Shown here: one piece after another, positions 16,650-28,164 of the stretch
How the letters are laid out: each line of letters starts with the position of its first letter
How positions within the stretch are numbered: the first letter of the stretch is position 1
NCBI RefSeq assembly: GCF_000186885.1
Contig: NC_014972.1
Span: 2,070,001 to 2,102,000, forward strand
Direction of reading: 5' to 3'
Length of the DNA: 32,000 nt
From: Desulfobulbus propionicus DSM 2032
GTDB taxonomy: Bacteria; Desulfobacterota; Desulfobulbia; Desulfobulbales; Desulfobulbaceae
The notes under the pieces: model-generated
What the model was told of the DNA's origin: nothing
What the model saw: only the letters and a program-made list of their open reading frames with translations
Databases searched by the model: none
Position numbers and translations under genes: made by a program

Positions 16650-17528
16650 TTAGATCACCTTGTTGAGCGAGTATTCGATGATGCCCTCGGCCCCTCTCTT
16701 TTTCAGGCAGGGCACCAGATCGCGCACCTGATGCTCGGAAATGACCGTTTCCACCGAAAACCATTCCTGTTTGTACAGTTGGGCCACAGTAGGCGCGTTG
16801 AGGCTAGGCAGCATGCCGATCACCTCGTCCAGCCGCTCCTTGGGAACGTTCATTTTCAGGCCGACAATGCGGTCGGCGCGGAGCGCCCCCTGCAACAACA
16901 TGGCGATGTTTTCGATTTTTTCCCGTTTCCAGGGATCGGCCAAGGCCGCCTTGCTGGCGATCAGCTGGGTGTTGGATTGCATCAGTTCGTGGATCACCCG
17001 CAATCCATGGGCGCGGATGGTGGACTCGGTCTCGGTGACCTCGACAATGGCATCGGCCAGGCCTGAAACTGCCTTGGCCTCGGTGGCTCCCCAGGAAAAA
17101 GTGATTTCGACCTTCAGTCCACGCTGCTCGAAAAATTTGCGGGTAACGTTGACCAACTCGGTGGCGATACGTTTGCCGTCCAGCTGTTCAACCCGAGTGA
17201 TGTTTGAGTCGCCCGGTACGGCAATCACCCAGCGGGTCGGTTTCTTGCTCACTTTGGAATACACCAGATCTTCCACTACCACGACATCCGATTCATTCTC
17301 CAAGGTCCAGTCTTTGCCGGTGATACCGGCGTCCAGCATGCCCGATTCGACATACCGCGACATTTCCTGCGGCCGGCAGATCGAACAGGACAGTTCGGGG
17401 TCGTCGACTTCCGGGAAATAGTTACGTGATGCCAGCTTGATCTGCCATCCCGACTTTTCGAACAGGGCGATGGTGGCATTCTCAAGACTGCCTTTGGGAA
17501 TTCCCATTTTCAGCACATTCATTATCAA
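16650..17528 (-). CDS. hisG: ATP phosphoribosyltransferase, long form
   Basis: 292 aa; LKMGIPKGSLENATI, GMLDAGITGKDWT, VTETESTIRAHGLRVI, C-terminal regulatory domain. Confidence 0.94.
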   Translation of the reverse strand: MIMNVLKMGIPKGSLENATIALFEKSGWQIKLASRNYFPEVDDPELSCSICRPQEMSRYVESGMLDAGITGKDWTLENESDVVVVEDLVYSKVSKKPTRWVIAVPGDSNITRVEQLDGKRIATELVNVTRKFFEQRGLKVEITFSWGATEAKAVSGLADAIVEVTETESTIRAHGLRVIHELMQSNTQLIASKAALADPWKREKIENIAMLLQGALRADRIVGLKMNVPKERLDEVIGMLPSLNAPTVAQLYKQEWFSVETVISEHQVRDLVPCLKKRGAEGIIEYSLNKVI

Positions 17529-17544
17529 TCCTCGATGCTATGAG

Positions 17545-17931
17545 TTATTTATCGCCATAAACGGCGGCAGGATCAAAAACCCGCTCCTGTTCATGAACAA
17601 CGAGCGTCCCATCACTCACCTTGCGGTAAAAGCAACTGCGATAACCGGTATGACAGGCCGCGCCACCCAACTGCTCGACCTTGTAGATCACCGTATCCTG
17701 ATCGCAATCCACTAAAATTTCCTTGACGAGCTGTACATGGCCGGAACTTTCCCCTTTCAGCCACAGACTTTTCCGCGACCGACTCCAGTAGTACGCCTTT
17801 CCGGTTTCCAGCGTTTTTTCCCAGGCAAGCTGGTTGATATAGGCGAGCATGAGGACCTCACCGGTCTGATGGTCCTGGACAATAGCCGGCAACAAGCCGT
17901 TGGCATCTTTGGCAAAAGCGAGTTCAATCAT
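17545..17931 (-). CDS. hisI: Phosphoribosyl-AMP cyclohydrolase
   Basis: About 128 aa from ATG 17931; [70 protein letters not shown]. Confidence 0.95.
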   Translation of the reverse strand: MIELAFAKDANGLLPAIVQDHQTGEVLMLAYINQLAWEKTLETGKAYYWSRSRKSLWLKGESSGHVQLVKEILVDCDQDTVIYKVEQLGGAACHTGYRSCFYRKVSDGTLVVHEQERVFDPAAVYGDK

Positions 17932-18229
17932 CGTTGGCCGTGGGGGTTGCAATAGGCTCCTGTCTTCGAGAGGAGCTGAGAGTATCAACGTGTACGGGAA
18001 CACAACGCTCAACGAAAAAATGCTTCACCCGACAAGGAGAAGGCGACGCTGGATCCCCGATTCATGCGGCATTGGCTGGGGCTTGCACATTTATGCCTTC
18101 ATTCCCACTTTGTCAAGTCTTCAGTCACTGACAATGCGCTGGCTTGTCAAACTGAAGAGCAGCGGCTATACTATCCTACTTTATGTCAGTCTCCATTCTC
18201 AACCCCAACGCATCAAAGGACACATCCCC

Positions 18230-18670
18230 ATGAGCCCCGTGCAGTTGTTCGACACCGTTTCCGTCAGTTACACCGCCACCCTACCGTCAGGAGAAGTGAT
18301 CGAAAGCGTGCCGGAAAACAAACCAATCACCCTGACCATTGGATCGGGAAGAATCCTCAAGGCTGTTGAAGCCTCGCTCATGGGCCTGGAACCCGGTGAA
18401 AGCAAAACCGTTCATATTCAACCGGAAGACGCCTACGGCTCCTACTATAAATCCCTGGTCCATGAAGTGGATCGTGCCAACTTTGCCGATCGTATCGATC
18501 CCAAGCCAGGCATGATTCTTTCGCTGACCATCGAGAGAGAAGGCGTCACCCACCAGGTGCCGGCCACCGTCCTCGCTGCCGGCAAGGAAACCGTCACTCT
18601 TGATTACAACCATCCCCTGGCCGGACGGGTGATCACCTACACGGTCAAGGTCCACGCCATCGGCAACTAG
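18230..18670 (+). CDS. FKBP-type peptidyl-prolyl cis-trans isomerase, SlyD-like
   Basis: 146 aa from ATG 18230; VSVSYTATLPSGEVIESV, GSGRILKAVEASLMGLEPGESKTV, PEDAYGSY, DYNHPLAGRVITYTVKV. Confidence 0.88.
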   Translation: MSPVQLFDTVSVSYTATLPSGEVIESVPENKPITLTIGSGRILKAVEASLMGLEPGESKTVHIQPEDAYGSYYKSLVHEVDRANFADRIDPKPGMILSLTIEREGVTHQVPATVLAAGKETVTLDYNHPLAGRVITYTVKVHAIGN

Positions 18671-19002
18671 CAGCACTCTTCCTTTCTCCTTATTTCTCCG
18701 TATCAAGATTCTCTTGCCAGACAGAATACGGTTGATCGCGGCGGACTGCATGTTCGTTCCTTCGTGCCCGTTGCCTTGCACCTGCACCTACTGCCTGACC
18801 TTGCCCATTGAGTAGAAACTCAATGGTTCCAAAGAATAACCCTTCTCAGAAAAAATTCTGTACAATCACCTCCGGACACGTACAATACGACTAAGATCGG
18901 GGTTACTGGGAATTCCATCCCGGCTTTTTACATGCCCACCTTTCTCTTTTTTTTCGATCTTAACCGGAGAAGACGCACCATCCCAACGAAGGAGAACCGT
19001 TT

Positions 19003-21876
19003 ATGTCTATTGAAGATGATGAAATATTGCAGGGTTTTATAGAAGAATCGCTTGAGCATCTGGCTGATATCGAAAACGACCTCCTTGCCATCGAAGAAGG
19101 AGGCGCCGACATCGATGTCGAACTGGTGAACAAGGTTTTCCGCGCCGCCCACTCGATCAAGGGCGGGGCAGGTTTCATGGGGTTGACCGTTATTCAGGAT
19201 CTGGCCCACGCCGCCGAGAATGTGCTTGGTTTGATCCGCAGCGGCAAACTGGTGCCCAATCCGGATATCATCAACGTACTCCTGCTCGCGGCCGATGAGT
19301 TGCAGCACCTGATTGAAGATGTCGGCAACAGCAACAGTGTTGACATCTCCCGCCACACCGCGGCACTGAACGCCATCTTTGAAGGCGGCGAGGCACAACC
19401 GGCGGCGGCGAAATCCGAACAGGTCAATAAAGCGGTCTCGCCGTCCGAACCTGAACCGACTCAGCCGAGTGAATCTATCGAAGAGACGACCGTAAACTGT
19501 GAAGAAGAAAGCGGCGAAGAGGCGATGCTGGAAGTCGATGAAGACGGGAACGATGACCATGAGGGCGAGATGCCGGAAACAACGGCGGTGGAAGCCGGGC
19601 GCTCACGGGCTCGCAAGTCTTCAGCCAGCACCCAGAAACCCGACACCAGCATTCGGGTCACGGTCAGCCTGCTCGATCAACTGATGAATCTGGCTGGAGA
19701 ACTGGTTCTTTCCCGCAATCAACTCTTGCAGACCATCACCTCCGGCGATGTGCGCAACGCGGAAGCCGTCGGACAGCGGATCGACCTGGTCACCTCCGAA
19801 CTGCAAGAGGCGATCATGCTGACCCGCATGCAGCCCATCGGCAACGTCTTCAACAAATTTCCGAGAGTTGTACGCGATCTGTCGAAAAAATTGGGCAAAC
19901 AGATCGATCTGACCATCGTCGGCAAGGATGTCGAACTGGATAAGACCATCATCGAGGCGATCAACGATCCTCTCACCCATCTGGTCCGTAACTCGGTTGA
20001 CCATGGTATCGAGGCACCCGAAGAACGAATCCAAAAAGGCAAAGATGTCCGCGGTCTGATCGTTCTCAAAGCCTACCATGCCGCCGGACAGGTGGTGATC
20101 GAGATCAGTGATGACGGCAAGGGCATTGATGGCAACATGCTGGCTGAAACTGCGGTCAAGAAAGGGTTGATCACTGCGGACCAGGCCAAGGTCATGTCGG
20201 AAAAAGAGCGGATCAACCTTATCCTGTTGCCCGGTTTTTCCACCGCTAAGAAGGTGACCGACGTTTCCGGTCGGGGCGTGGGCATGGATGTGGTCAAAAC
20301 CAACCTCGACCAGTTGGGCGGTTCGATCGAGATCGAATCCGAGGTGGGCAAAGGTTCGACCATCAGCATCAAACTTCCGCTTACCCTGGCGATTATTCCC
20401 TGTCAAATCGTCATGACCGGCGGTGAGCGCTACGCCATTCCCCAGGTCAACCTGGAAGAACTGCTGCGCATTCCAGCCTCCAAGGTTAAGGAACGGGTGG
20501 AACGGGTGGGAGATGCCGAAGTTGTCCGCTTGCGTGGCAACCTGCTGCCCCTGATTCGCATGGCCGAGGTGTTCGATATTGATCGGACCTATTACGATCC
20601 GATTGAAGAACAAACCAAACCTGACCGCCGGCGCAATATCGCTGACCGGAGGTCCAAATCGACGCCGCTGTTCAGGGAAGAGGGGGCACCGCAGCCCCAA
20701 CCCAGAAGCGATGAGCAGGATCGAAAGCGAAAAGAGGAAGAGCGGCGGCAAAGCCCTTCAAGCGCCCTGAATATAGTGGTGGTGTCCACCGGTGCCATGA
20801 AATACGGCCTGATCGTTGACCGCTTGCACGACTCCGAAGAAATCGTCATCAAGCCCTTGGGTCGGCACCTGCAGCAATGCCAGGGTTATGCCGGCGCCAC
20901 CATCATGGGCGATGGCCGCATCGCCTTGATCCTTGATGTTTCCAATATTGCCCGCATGGCCGGCCTGACCTCGCTTGACGGTTCCGAACGGGCCACCGAA
21001 CTGGCCGAGGCCGCCAAGGAAGCCATTACCAAAACCCGCGACAAGCAGGCGCTACTGACCTTCTCCAGTTCCGCCATGGAGCAATTCGGTGTGCCGCTGA
21101 ATCAAGTTGAGCGGGTTGAGAAAATTAAACGCAACGATATCGAAGAAATCGGCGGCCGAAGGGTCATGCAGTATCGCGGCGGCAGTTTACCGCTGATCAG
21201 TATCGACGAGGTGGCGTCAGTGATGCCGTTGGATGATCGGGAAGATCTTTTGGTGATTGTTTTCCGCCTTGCGGGCAAGGATGTCGGTCTGCTGGCGATA
21301 GGCCCTATCGATGCCATTGAAATATCGGCTGAAATCGATGACGTTACCCTTAAGCAACCCGGCATCATGGGATCGGCGATCATTGGCGGCAAAACAACGA
21401 TGCTCGTCAATATCTTTGAAATCATGAAGATTTCCAATCCACAATGGTTCGAAGATCACGCCGCGTACGCGGAGATCGAAACCGACGAAACCCAGGCGCC
21501 GACCATTCTGATCGTTGAAGATTCCAATTTTTTTCGCAACCAGGTGAAAGGGTACATGGAGGAAGCGGGATTCAACATTCTTGAGGCGGAAGACGGTAAA
21601 ATTGCCTGGGACATCCTTCAGGAGCATGGCGACAGCGTCACAATGGTCGTCACCGATATCGAGATGCCCAACATGGATGGGTTCACCTTAACCGAAAAGA
21701 TCAAGGGCGATAAGCAGCTTAGACATACACCGGTCATCGCCCTGACCACGCTGGCCGCGGATGAGGATATTGCCCGGGGCAAAGCTGTCGGCGTCGATGA
21801 ATACCACATCAAACTCGACAAGGAACGGCTGATGGAAAGCGTGCACAGGTATGCAAAGGCCGCCATGGCCTCTTGA
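19003..21876 (+). CDS. cheA: Hybrid CheA chemosensory histidine kinase with Hpt, kinase core, two CheW-like regions and C-terminal REC
   Basis: 957 aa; [12 protein letters not shown] (Hpt), [45 protein letters not shown]-terminal [14 protein letters not shown]...[13 protein letters not shown]. Confidence 0.93.
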   Translation: MSIEDDEILQGFIEESLEHLADIENDLLAIEEGGADIDVELVNKVFRAAHSIKGGAGFMGLTVIQDLAHAAENVLGLIRSGKLVPNPDIINVLLLAADELQHLIEDVGNSNSVDISRHTAALNAIFEGGEAQPAAAKSEQVNKAVSPSEPEPTQPSESIEETTVNCEEESGEEAMLEVDEDGNDDHEGEMPETTAVEAGRSRARKSSASTQKPDTSIRVTVSLLDQLMNLAGELVLSRNQLLQTITSGDVRNAEAVGQRIDLVTSELQEAIMLTRMQPIGNVFNKFPRVVRDLSKKLGKQIDLTIVGKDVELDKTIIEAINDPLTHLVRNSVDHGIEAPEERIQKGKDVRGLIVLKAYHAAGQVVIEISDDGKGIDGNMLAETAVKKGLITADQAKVMSEKERINLILLPGFSTAKKVTDVSGRGVGMDVVKTNLDQLGGSIEIESEVGKGSTISIKLPLTLAIIPCQIVMTGGERYAIPQVNLEELLRIPASKVKERVERVGDAEVVRLRGNLLPLIRMAEVFDIDRTYYDPIEEQTKPDRRRNIADRRSKSTPLFREEGAPQPQPRSDEQDRKRKEEERRQSPSSALNIVVVSTGAMKYGLIVDRLHDSEEIVIKPLGRHLQQCQGYAGATIMGDGRIALILDVSNIARMAGLTSLDGSERATELAEAAKEAITKTRDKQALLTFSSSAMEQFGVPLNQVERVEKIKRNDIEEIGGRRVMQYRGGSLPLISIDEVASVMPLDDREDLLVIVFRLAGKDVGLLAIGPIDAIEISAEIDDVTLKQPGIMGSAIIGGKTTMLVNIFEIMKISNPQWFEDHAAYAEIETDETQAPTILIVEDSNFFRNQVKGYMEEAGFNILEAEDGKIAWDILQEHGDSVTMVVTDIEMPNMDGFTLTEKIKGDKQLRHTPVIALTTLAADEDIARGKAVGVDEYHIKLDKERLMESVHRYAKAAMAS

Positions 21877-21910
21877 TCGGATTGCCGTCGGAGAACCAAG
21901 GCCAATCCGC

Positions 21911-23629
21911 ATGAACAATTCCAGTATCAGCATCAAGTGGAAAATCCTCATCTTGGCGCTTTTGGGTCCTCTGGTGATTGCCATTCTTCTCTCCTGGCAA
22001 CGGGTAAACGATATCCGTTCCGGTGCCGAGAAGGCCATCATCTCAAAAAGCGCGGGTATCGTTTTGATGGCCGAGGCAACTCGTGACGAGATGGCGAGAA
22101 AGTTGCAAAGCGGGGTGATCAAACCTTTTGAGCAACTCACCTCTGCCAATATCCTTGAGGCGGTTCCGGTGATCACCGCCATGCAGGGAGCGGCCGCCAA
22201 AGCCGAGGAGGCTGGGTACGTTTTCCGTACACCCAAGGCAATGCCGCGAAACCCGCAGAACACTCCGAGCGATTTGGAAAATGCGGTGTTGCAGGAACTG
22301 GCCAGCAAAAATCTCACCGAAAAGATCCTCATCGAGAAAGACCAGATACGCTATTTCAAGCCGGTACGGCTCACAGCCGAATGCCTCTATTGTCACGGCG
22401 ATCCAGCTGGCACTAAGGATGTCACGGGAGGCACCAAGGAAGGTTGGAAGGAAGGAGAAATCCACGGTGCCTTTGAAATCATTAGCTCCTTGGAAGAAAC
22501 AAACAAGGCGGTCGCCCGGGCCCGCTGGCATGTCGTCGTATCGGTCACGATTACGTTGTTTGTCGTTAGCGCTATCTGCATCTATCTGATTCAATCCGGG
22601 ATCATCAAACCGTTGCATGAGGTGAATGCGTTTATCGATCGCATGGCCAAGGGAGATCTTCAAGGAAAACTTGCAGCTCGAACCAAGGATGAAATCGGCA
22701 ACATGGTCAATCAGTTAAGCGGCATGACCGAAAAACTGAGCGGCATGATACGAGAAATTTCCCATGCAGGAGACACCCTGTTTACGTCTTCCGGGAAGCT
22801 CGGCTCTTCAGCTGATGACTTTGCCTTGACGGCGAACGACACGGCAATGCGGACAGTGTCCGTTGCCGCCGCAGCCGAGGAAATGAGCGCCAACATGTCG
22901 ACCGTTGCTGCGGCAACGGAACAAGCGGCAACAAATATCGCCGTGGTGTCGTCGGCCACCAAGGACATGACCTCAACCATCAATGGCATTGCCAAGTCGA
23001 CGGAAAAGGCGCAGGAAATTACCAAGACAGCGGTTCGCGAGGCGAGTTCCGCCTCTGAAAAAGTCGATGCGCTCGGTCGAGCAGCCGTGGAAATCGGCAA
23101 GGTAACCGAAGCCATCACGGAGATCTCAGAGCAAACCAATCTATTGGCGCTCAATGCGACCATCGAGGCGGCACGGGCCGGGGAAGCGGGAAAGGGGTTC
23201 GCCGTGGTCGCCAATGAAATCAAGGGACTCGCGCAGCAAACGGCCCTGGCGACAGGAGAGATCAAAAACCGCATTCATTCCATTCAGGAATCAACCGATG
23301 CAACCATTCAACAAATCCAACTGATCACTCAAGTGATTGACGAGATTAACACGATCGTTTCCTCCATCGTTGCCGCAGTTGACGAACAATCCGCGACCAC
23401 CAATGAAATAGCCGAGAATATCAATCAGGCCTCCATTGGCATCCAGGAAGTCACGGCAAATGTTGCGCAAGTTTCTCTGGTTTCAACCACCGTGGCGCAG
23501 GACATTGCCGAAGTCAGCCAAGCCAACGATTCCATCGCTCACGAGAGCATCGAAATAAAGACCAATGCGGCCAATCTCACCCTCATGGCCAACCGGTTGA
23601 AAGAACTGGTGCAACATTTCAAGGTGTAA
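21911..23629 (+). CDS. Methyl-accepting chemotaxis protein with periplasmic Tll0287-like (DUF3365) domain and CxxCH heme-binding motif
   Basis: 572 aa from ATG 21911; two TM segments, ECLYCHGDP (CxxCH at 22382-22396), HAMP, signalling tip [37 protein letters not shown]. Confidence 0.9.
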   Translation: MNNSSISIKWKILILALLGPLVIAILLSWQRVNDIRSGAEKAIISKSAGIVLMAEATRDEMARKLQSGVIKPFEQLTSANILEAVPVITAMQGAAAKAEEAGYVFRTPKAMPRNPQNTPSDLENAVLQELASKNLTEKILIEKDQIRYFKPVRLTAECLYCHGDPAGTKDVTGGTKEGWKEGEIHGAFEIISSLEETNKAVARARWHVVVSVTITLFVVSAICIYLIQSGIIKPLHEVNAFIDRMAKGDLQGKLAARTKDEIGNMVNQLSGMTEKLSGMIREISHAGDTLFTSSGKLGSSADDFALTANDTAMRTVSVAAAAEEMSANMSTVAAATEQAATNIAVVSSATKDMTSTINGIAKSTEKAQEITKTAVREASSASEKVDALGRAAVEIGKVTEAITEISEQTNLLALNATIEAARAGEAGKGFAVVANEIKGLAQQTALATGEIKNRIHSIQESTDATIQQIQLITQVIDEINTIVSSIVAAVDEQSATTNEIAENINQASIGIQEVTANVAQVSLVSTTVAQDIAEVSQANDSIAHESIEIKTNAANLTLMANRLKELVQHFKV

Positions 23630-23688
23630 CCGGCTGAAGAACATCGACAATTCAGGACAATCTTTTCAATACAAGATGGAGACAACTC

Positions 23689-24168
23689 ATGTCTGAACCC
23701 AGCAACCTCACAAAGAACATTATTGAACTGGCCACGTTTTATGTCGGCCATGCCCTCTGCGGCATGGATATTCTCAAAGTGCAGGAAATCAACAAGTTGA
23801 TGGAGATGACCAAAGTCCCCCAGGCACCGGACTACATGGTTGGCATCCTCAACCTGCGCGGACAAATCGTCACGATCATTGATCTTGGCCAAAAACTTGG
23901 TCTTGGCAACGTGGAAATCACCAATGAATCGCGCAATATCATCATCAATGCCCCCGGCGAACACGTAGGTCTGCTGGTCAGCCGCATCAGCGACGTGGTC
24001 ATGGCCGATCCGGATCGGATCGAACCGGCACCCGCCAACATGAGTGGCATCCAGGGCTCTTTTTTCACTGGTGTCTACAAGACCGAAAATAAGCTAATCG
24101 GCATCCTTGACATCAAGGAGGTGTTGCGAATTGAATCGGACAACCTCAGTCGCGGGCTTGAACGGTAA
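23689..24168 (+). CDS. cheW: CheW coupling protein
   Basis: 159 aa; LCGMDILKVQEINKLMEMTKVPQAPDYMVGILNLRGQIVTIIDLGQKL. Confidence 0.92.
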   Translation: MSEPSNLTKNIIELATFYVGHALCGMDILKVQEINKLMEMTKVPQAPDYMVGILNLRGQIVTIIDLGQKLGLGNVEITNESRNIIINAPGEHVGLLVSRISDVVMADPDRIEPAPANMSGIQGSFFTGVYKTENKLIGILDIKEVLRIESDNLSRGLER

Positions 24169-24218
24169 CCTGTATCAAGCGATCATCGGATCTTTCATCT
24201 CTTTCCCTGTTCAGTTGT

Positions 24219-25355
24219 ATGTTTGGAAAAAAAATCAAAGTATTGGTGGTTGACGACACCATTGTCTATCGCAAGGCGGTCAGCGACATCCTTGGCGAAA
24301 TGCCAGGCGTGGAAGTTGTCGGTGTCGCCCATAACGGAAAGATTGCTGTCTCGAAGATACAGACCCTCAAGCCCGATCTGCTGACGCTTGACATCGAGAT
24401 GCCGGAAATGAATGGTATCGAGGTCTTGCAATACCTGCAACAACACGCACCCCAGGTGTCCGCAATCATGGTTTCCACCCTGACCAGCGAGGGGGGGGAT
24501 ATGACCATGCGCGCCCTGGAACTCGGCGCCTATGATTTTATTCTGAAACCGACCGCAACCAACATCAATGACAGCAAGCAGCAACTGCGAACCTTGCTCA
24601 CGCCGCTGATCAAGACCTTCCAGACAGGTCGAACCACGGTTGGAGCCTTGCAACAAGGGGGGACGCGAAAAATAGCCGGGACAAGTCAAGGATACATACG
24701 GCTGCAAGCCACCCCTTCAACCGTTATCGGCAGTGGCAGATATACCGCGCCCTCAGTGGGGACAAGCCGGCGCCAAGGCAAATCAGAAATTGTCACCATC
24801 GGTATTTCCACCGGAGGCCCCAATGCCTTGGCAAGGATGATGCCGATGTTGCCCGGCGATCTTGGCGTGCCGATCGTCATTGTTCAGCACATGCCGCCGG
24901 TATTCACAAAATCTCTCGCCAACAGCCTGAATATAAAATGCGCCCTGACCGTGAAAGAGGCGCAGGATGGCGAGCCGTTACAAGCAAATGTTGCATATAT
25001 CGCTCCTGGTGGTAAACAAATGAAACTCGTCGCGTCGGCCGATGGAACGAATCGGTTGATCAAAATCACCAATGATCCTCCGGAAAATTCGTGCAAACCT
25101 TCGGCGGACTATTTATTCCGATCGGTTGCCGATTACTACGTTGGCCGGACAACCGCGGTGATCATGACCGGAATGGGCTCGGATGGCACCAAGGGATTGA
25201 AAATTCTCAAACAAAAAGGGGCATTGGTCATCGGCCAAGATGAGGAAAGCTGTGTGGTGTACGGCATGCCCAAAGCCCCGGCAGAGCTCGGTCTGACAGA
25301 CGTTGTCGCGCCGTTGGATAAAATTGCCGCTGAAATCATCAAATCGGTGAAATAA
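24219..25355 (+). CDS. cheB: Protein-glutamate methylesterase/response regulator CheB
   Basis: 378 aa; KVLVVDDTIVYRKAVSDIL, DLLTLDIEMPEMNGIEVL, IGISTGGPNALARMM, IVQHMPPVFTKSLA, MTGMGSDGTKGL. Confidence 0.94.
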   Translation: MFGKKIKVLVVDDTIVYRKAVSDILGEMPGVEVVGVAHNGKIAVSKIQTLKPDLLTLDIEMPEMNGIEVLQYLQQHAPQVSAIMVSTLTSEGGDMTMRALELGAYDFILKPTATNINDSKQQLRTLLTPLIKTFQTGRTTVGALQQGGTRKIAGTSQGYIRLQATPSTVIGSGRYTAPSVGTSRRQGKSEIVTIGISTGGPNALARMMPMLPGDLGVPIVIVQHMPPVFTKSLANSLNIKCALTVKEAQDGEPLQANVAYIAPGGKQMKLVASADGTNRLIKITNDPPENSCKPSADYLFRSVADYYVGRTTAVIMTGMGSDGTKGLKILKQKGALVIGQDEESCVVYGMPKAPAELGLTDVVAPLDKIAAEIIKSVK

Positions 25356-26090
25356 CGGATTCCTTCACACAACGGTTCCCATGTTGAAAATTACCCCTGA
25401 AGAGATCAAGCTCATCACCAAATATATCTATGAAATCTCAGGGATATATCTTGACGAGAGCAAAAAATATCTTCTTGAAACCCGGCTGAATACGATCGCC
25501 GAGGAACAAGGATGCTCTAGCTATCAAGATTTTTATCAAAAGGCCAAGGCTGACGCGAGCAAGACCATCGAGCGAAGAATCATTGATGCCATCTCCACTA
25601 ATGAAACATTGTTTTTTCGTGACTCCGGTCCATTTCAACTGTTGCAGCATAAGATTTTCCCGGAACTCATTGATGCCCGCGCACCAAAGAGTCCCATGTT
25701 GAAGACAAATCTTAAAATATGGAGCGCCGCCAGTTCAACAGGACAGGAACTTTACTCGGTTGCCATCGTTCTCCAGGAACTCTTGGGCGACATGTCTAAA
25801 TATTCCATAAAATTACTTGGAACTGACATCAGCGATGCCGCAATATCGCAAGCAAGTAGCGGCAAATACAATAAATTCGAAATTGAACGAGGTTTATCCC
25901 GGGATAAACTTACGAGGTATTTCACCTCCATCGGTCAGACCTGGAAAGTCAGCGATCACCTTCGCGCCATGGTGAACTTTCGTAAGTTCAACCTCATGTC
26001 TCCATTCACCAGTTTAGGGAAATTTGATGTCATCCTCTGTCGAAATGTAGCCATCTATTTCACCTTGGAGGACAGAAAAAAGCTCTTTAA

Positions 26091-27407
26091 GGGTTTCTTG
26101 AAAATTAAATGCAGTAGCCTGCGACAAGTTTAACTATCAAATTGTTGATTTTGTGTAAATATGTTACATTCTTCATCGTTTTAAGGCCGCATCCGCCAAC
26201 CATCACCCGATGGAGATCAGCCATGATCCAGCCCGGCTTTTTTGATTTGCAGGACCGATTGCACAAAATCGACAAGAACGGCGACCCACTTGCCAAGATC
26301 AACGAGACGGTCAACTGGGAGATGTTTCGTCCTGCGCTCGAAAAGGCCAGGGACAAGGGCCGGCAGTCTACGGTCGGGCCGAAGGGGTACGACGTCATCC
26401 TGCTGTTTAAGATTCTCATCCTGCAGTCGTTGTACAATCTGTCGGATGACGCGACCGAGTTTCAGATTCTCGACCGGCACTCCTTTGGGCGCTTTCTTGG
26501 TCTGCACATCAGCCAGAAGGTTCCCGATGCCACCACCATCTGGCGTTTTCGGGAAGACCTCGTCAAGGCCGGCATTGTAGAGGAACTGTTTGCGACCTTC
26601 GATGCGCATCTCCGGGACAACGGCTTCATGGCGATGAAAGGGCAGATCGTGGATGCCAGCATTGTCAGCGTGCCCAAACAGCGGAACAGCCGGGAGGAAA
26701 ATGCCCGGATCAAAGAGGGCGACATCCCGGAGAACTGGTCCGAGAACAAGCGGCGTAGAAAAGACGCGGACGCGCGCTGGACCAAGAAGAACGGCAAGTC
26801 TTATTACGGCTACAAGAACCACATCTCGGTGGATGTGAAGCACAAGTTGATTCGCAGCTATGCCGTGACCGATGCGGCCCTGCACGACAGCAACGTGTTC
26901 GAGCAACTCCTTGCCGACAATACGAGCAAGGACGTCTGGGCGGATTCGGCCTATCGATCCGCGGATCGATTGGAGCGCCTCGGCCAGGATGGTTTTCGTG
27001 AACACATCCAACGCAAGGGGAGCCGCAATCGTCCCTTGACGCCCAGAGAACAGGAGGGCAACCGAACCAGATCCAAGGTCCGTTCGCGAATCGAGCATGT
27101 CTTTGGTGTACAGGCGCAGCGAGCGGGGAATGTACTGTTGCGCACGATCGGCATAGCCCGAGCCCGAGCAAAGATCGGCTTGCGCAACTTGGTGTATAAC
27201 ATTGACCGAATGGGGATGCTTCTGGCTGCAAGCAGGTGAAGTGTGCCCGGAGTGCGGCAAACTGGCAAAAGACCGCCATCGAGCACAGAGCGAGGCACCG
27301 CCAAGGTGCAAAACCGATCGGATTAAAAGCCAGAAGAGCATGGTCTTTGTGAATAAAATTGTCGGTGAATGGTGCCGGGGCTTGCTAAGCTAAATTTCAA
27401 GATTCCC
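26091..27407 (+). mobile_element. IS5-family insertion sequence, 1317 bp, TTAA target duplication
   Basis: Terminal IRs GGGTTTCTTGAAAATTA / (rc) GGGAATCTTGAAATTTA (14/17 identical); flanked by TTAA at 26087-26090 and 27408-27411. Confidence 0.92.
26223..27239 (+). CDS. IS5-family DDE transposase
   Basis: 338 aa; QSLYNLSDDATEFQILDRHSFGRFLGL, PDATTIWRFRE, IVDASIV, VWADSAYRS, RSRIEHVFG; uninterrupted. Confidence 0.93.
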   Translation: MIQPGFFDLQDRLHKIDKNGDPLAKINETVNWEMFRPALEKARDKGRQSTVGPKGYDVILLFKILILQSLYNLSDDATEFQILDRHSFGRFLGLHISQKVPDATTIWRFREDLVKAGIVEELFATFDAHLRDNGFMAMKGQIVDASIVSVPKQRNSREENARIKEGDIPENWSENKRRRKDADARWTKKNGKSYYGYKNHISVDVKHKLIRSYAVTDAALHDSNVFEQLLADNTSKDVWADSAYRSADRLERLGQDGFREHIQRKGSRNRPLTPREQEGNRTRSKVRSRIEHVFGVQAQRAGNVLLRTIGIARARAKIGLRNLVYNIDRMGMLLAASR

Positions 27408-27586
27408 TTAACAAAATCGCTGACGCCCTTGAACCCGATGGGTATCTGATCATCGGCTCAACGGAATCGCTGACCGGTATTTGCCCGCGGTTCATACCCA
27501 AACGGCATCTTCGATCTATTTTTTACCAACTGAAATAACTGATTAAAGAATCAAAAAATCCGCTCTGAAAGCTTGATGGTGCATCT

Positions 27587-28162
27587 ATGAATAGCATGAC
27601 AATACTTGTTGCCGATGACGATCCGGTCATTCGTAAATTGTTTGAAAAACGGCTCGGCAAGGAAGGGTATACGGTAACCATCGCCGCGGACGGAGCGGAG
27701 GCGGCACGGTTGCTCGACACCCGGCCATTTGACGTGATTATCACTGATCTGGTCATGCCTGGCAAAATCGGCGGCATTGAACTGTTAAAATTGGCCAAGG
27801 AAAAAAGTGTTGAAATTGAAGTCATCGTTATCACCGCACATTCGTCCATTGATACCGCTGTCGACGCCATGAAGAAAGGCGCGGTTGATTATCTCGAAAA
27901 ACCAATTAATTTTGACGAACTGTTCCTTCGACTCGAAAAAATTTCGGAACGTAAGGCCTTGATGAAAAATGCCGGTGATCTACGGGAGGCGATGGAGGTC
28001 ACTGAGAGTTCAGCCGCTCAAACCATTCAAAATCTTGAAATCATCAACAGTAATCAGCAACAATTGCTAGACCAATTAGAAACGATCCTCACTAATGGCC
28101 GCCAGGAACAGGGAAAACGGATTGAACAGGCATTGCACCTTCTGACAAACAGATCACTTTGA
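27587..28162 (+). CDS. Response regulator: REC domain with C-terminal coiled-coil-like tail
   Basis: TILVADDDPVIRKLFEKRLGKEGY, DVIITDLVMPG, VITAHSSIDTAVDAMKKGAVDYLEKPI; no output domain recognised. Confidence 0.88.
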   Translation: MNSMTILVADDDPVIRKLFEKRLGKEGYTVTIAADGAEAARLLDTRPFDVIITDLVMPGKIGGIELLKLAKEKSVEIEVIVITAHSSIDTAVDAMKKGAVDYLEKPINFDELFLRLEKISERKALMKNAGDLREAMEVTESSAAQTIQNLEIINSNQQQLLDQLETILTNGRQEQGKRIEQALHLLTNRSL

Positions 28163-28164
28163 TC

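Larger units (their letters stand above)
25381..27538 (+). pseudogene. cheR: Chemotaxis methyltransferase CheR interrupted by an IS5-family element; fragments 25381-26090 and 27412-27538
   Basis: 5' part ends ...DVILCRNVAIYFTLEDRKKLF; 3' part after the IS reads NKIADALEPDGYLIIGSTESLTGICPRFIPKRHLRSIFYQLK-stop; joining across one TTAA restores a 278-aa CheR. Confidence 0.93.

Noticed and set aside
15940-16653. 237-aa plus-strand ORF
   Set aside because: Antisense to engB; low-information composition.
16741-17421. 226-aa plus-strand ORF, Ser/Thr-rich
   Set aside because: Antisense shadow of hisG.
19621-20751. 376-aa minus-strand ORF
   Set aside because: Antisense to cheA; no domain-like features.
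26217-27341. 374-aa minus-strand ORF in the IS
   Set aside because: Antisense to the transposase; no recognisable motifs.
27202-27393. 63-aa ORF with CPECGK in the IS tail
   Set aside because: Overlaps the transposase 3' end out of frame and sits inside the IS; no evidence that it is a passenger gene.
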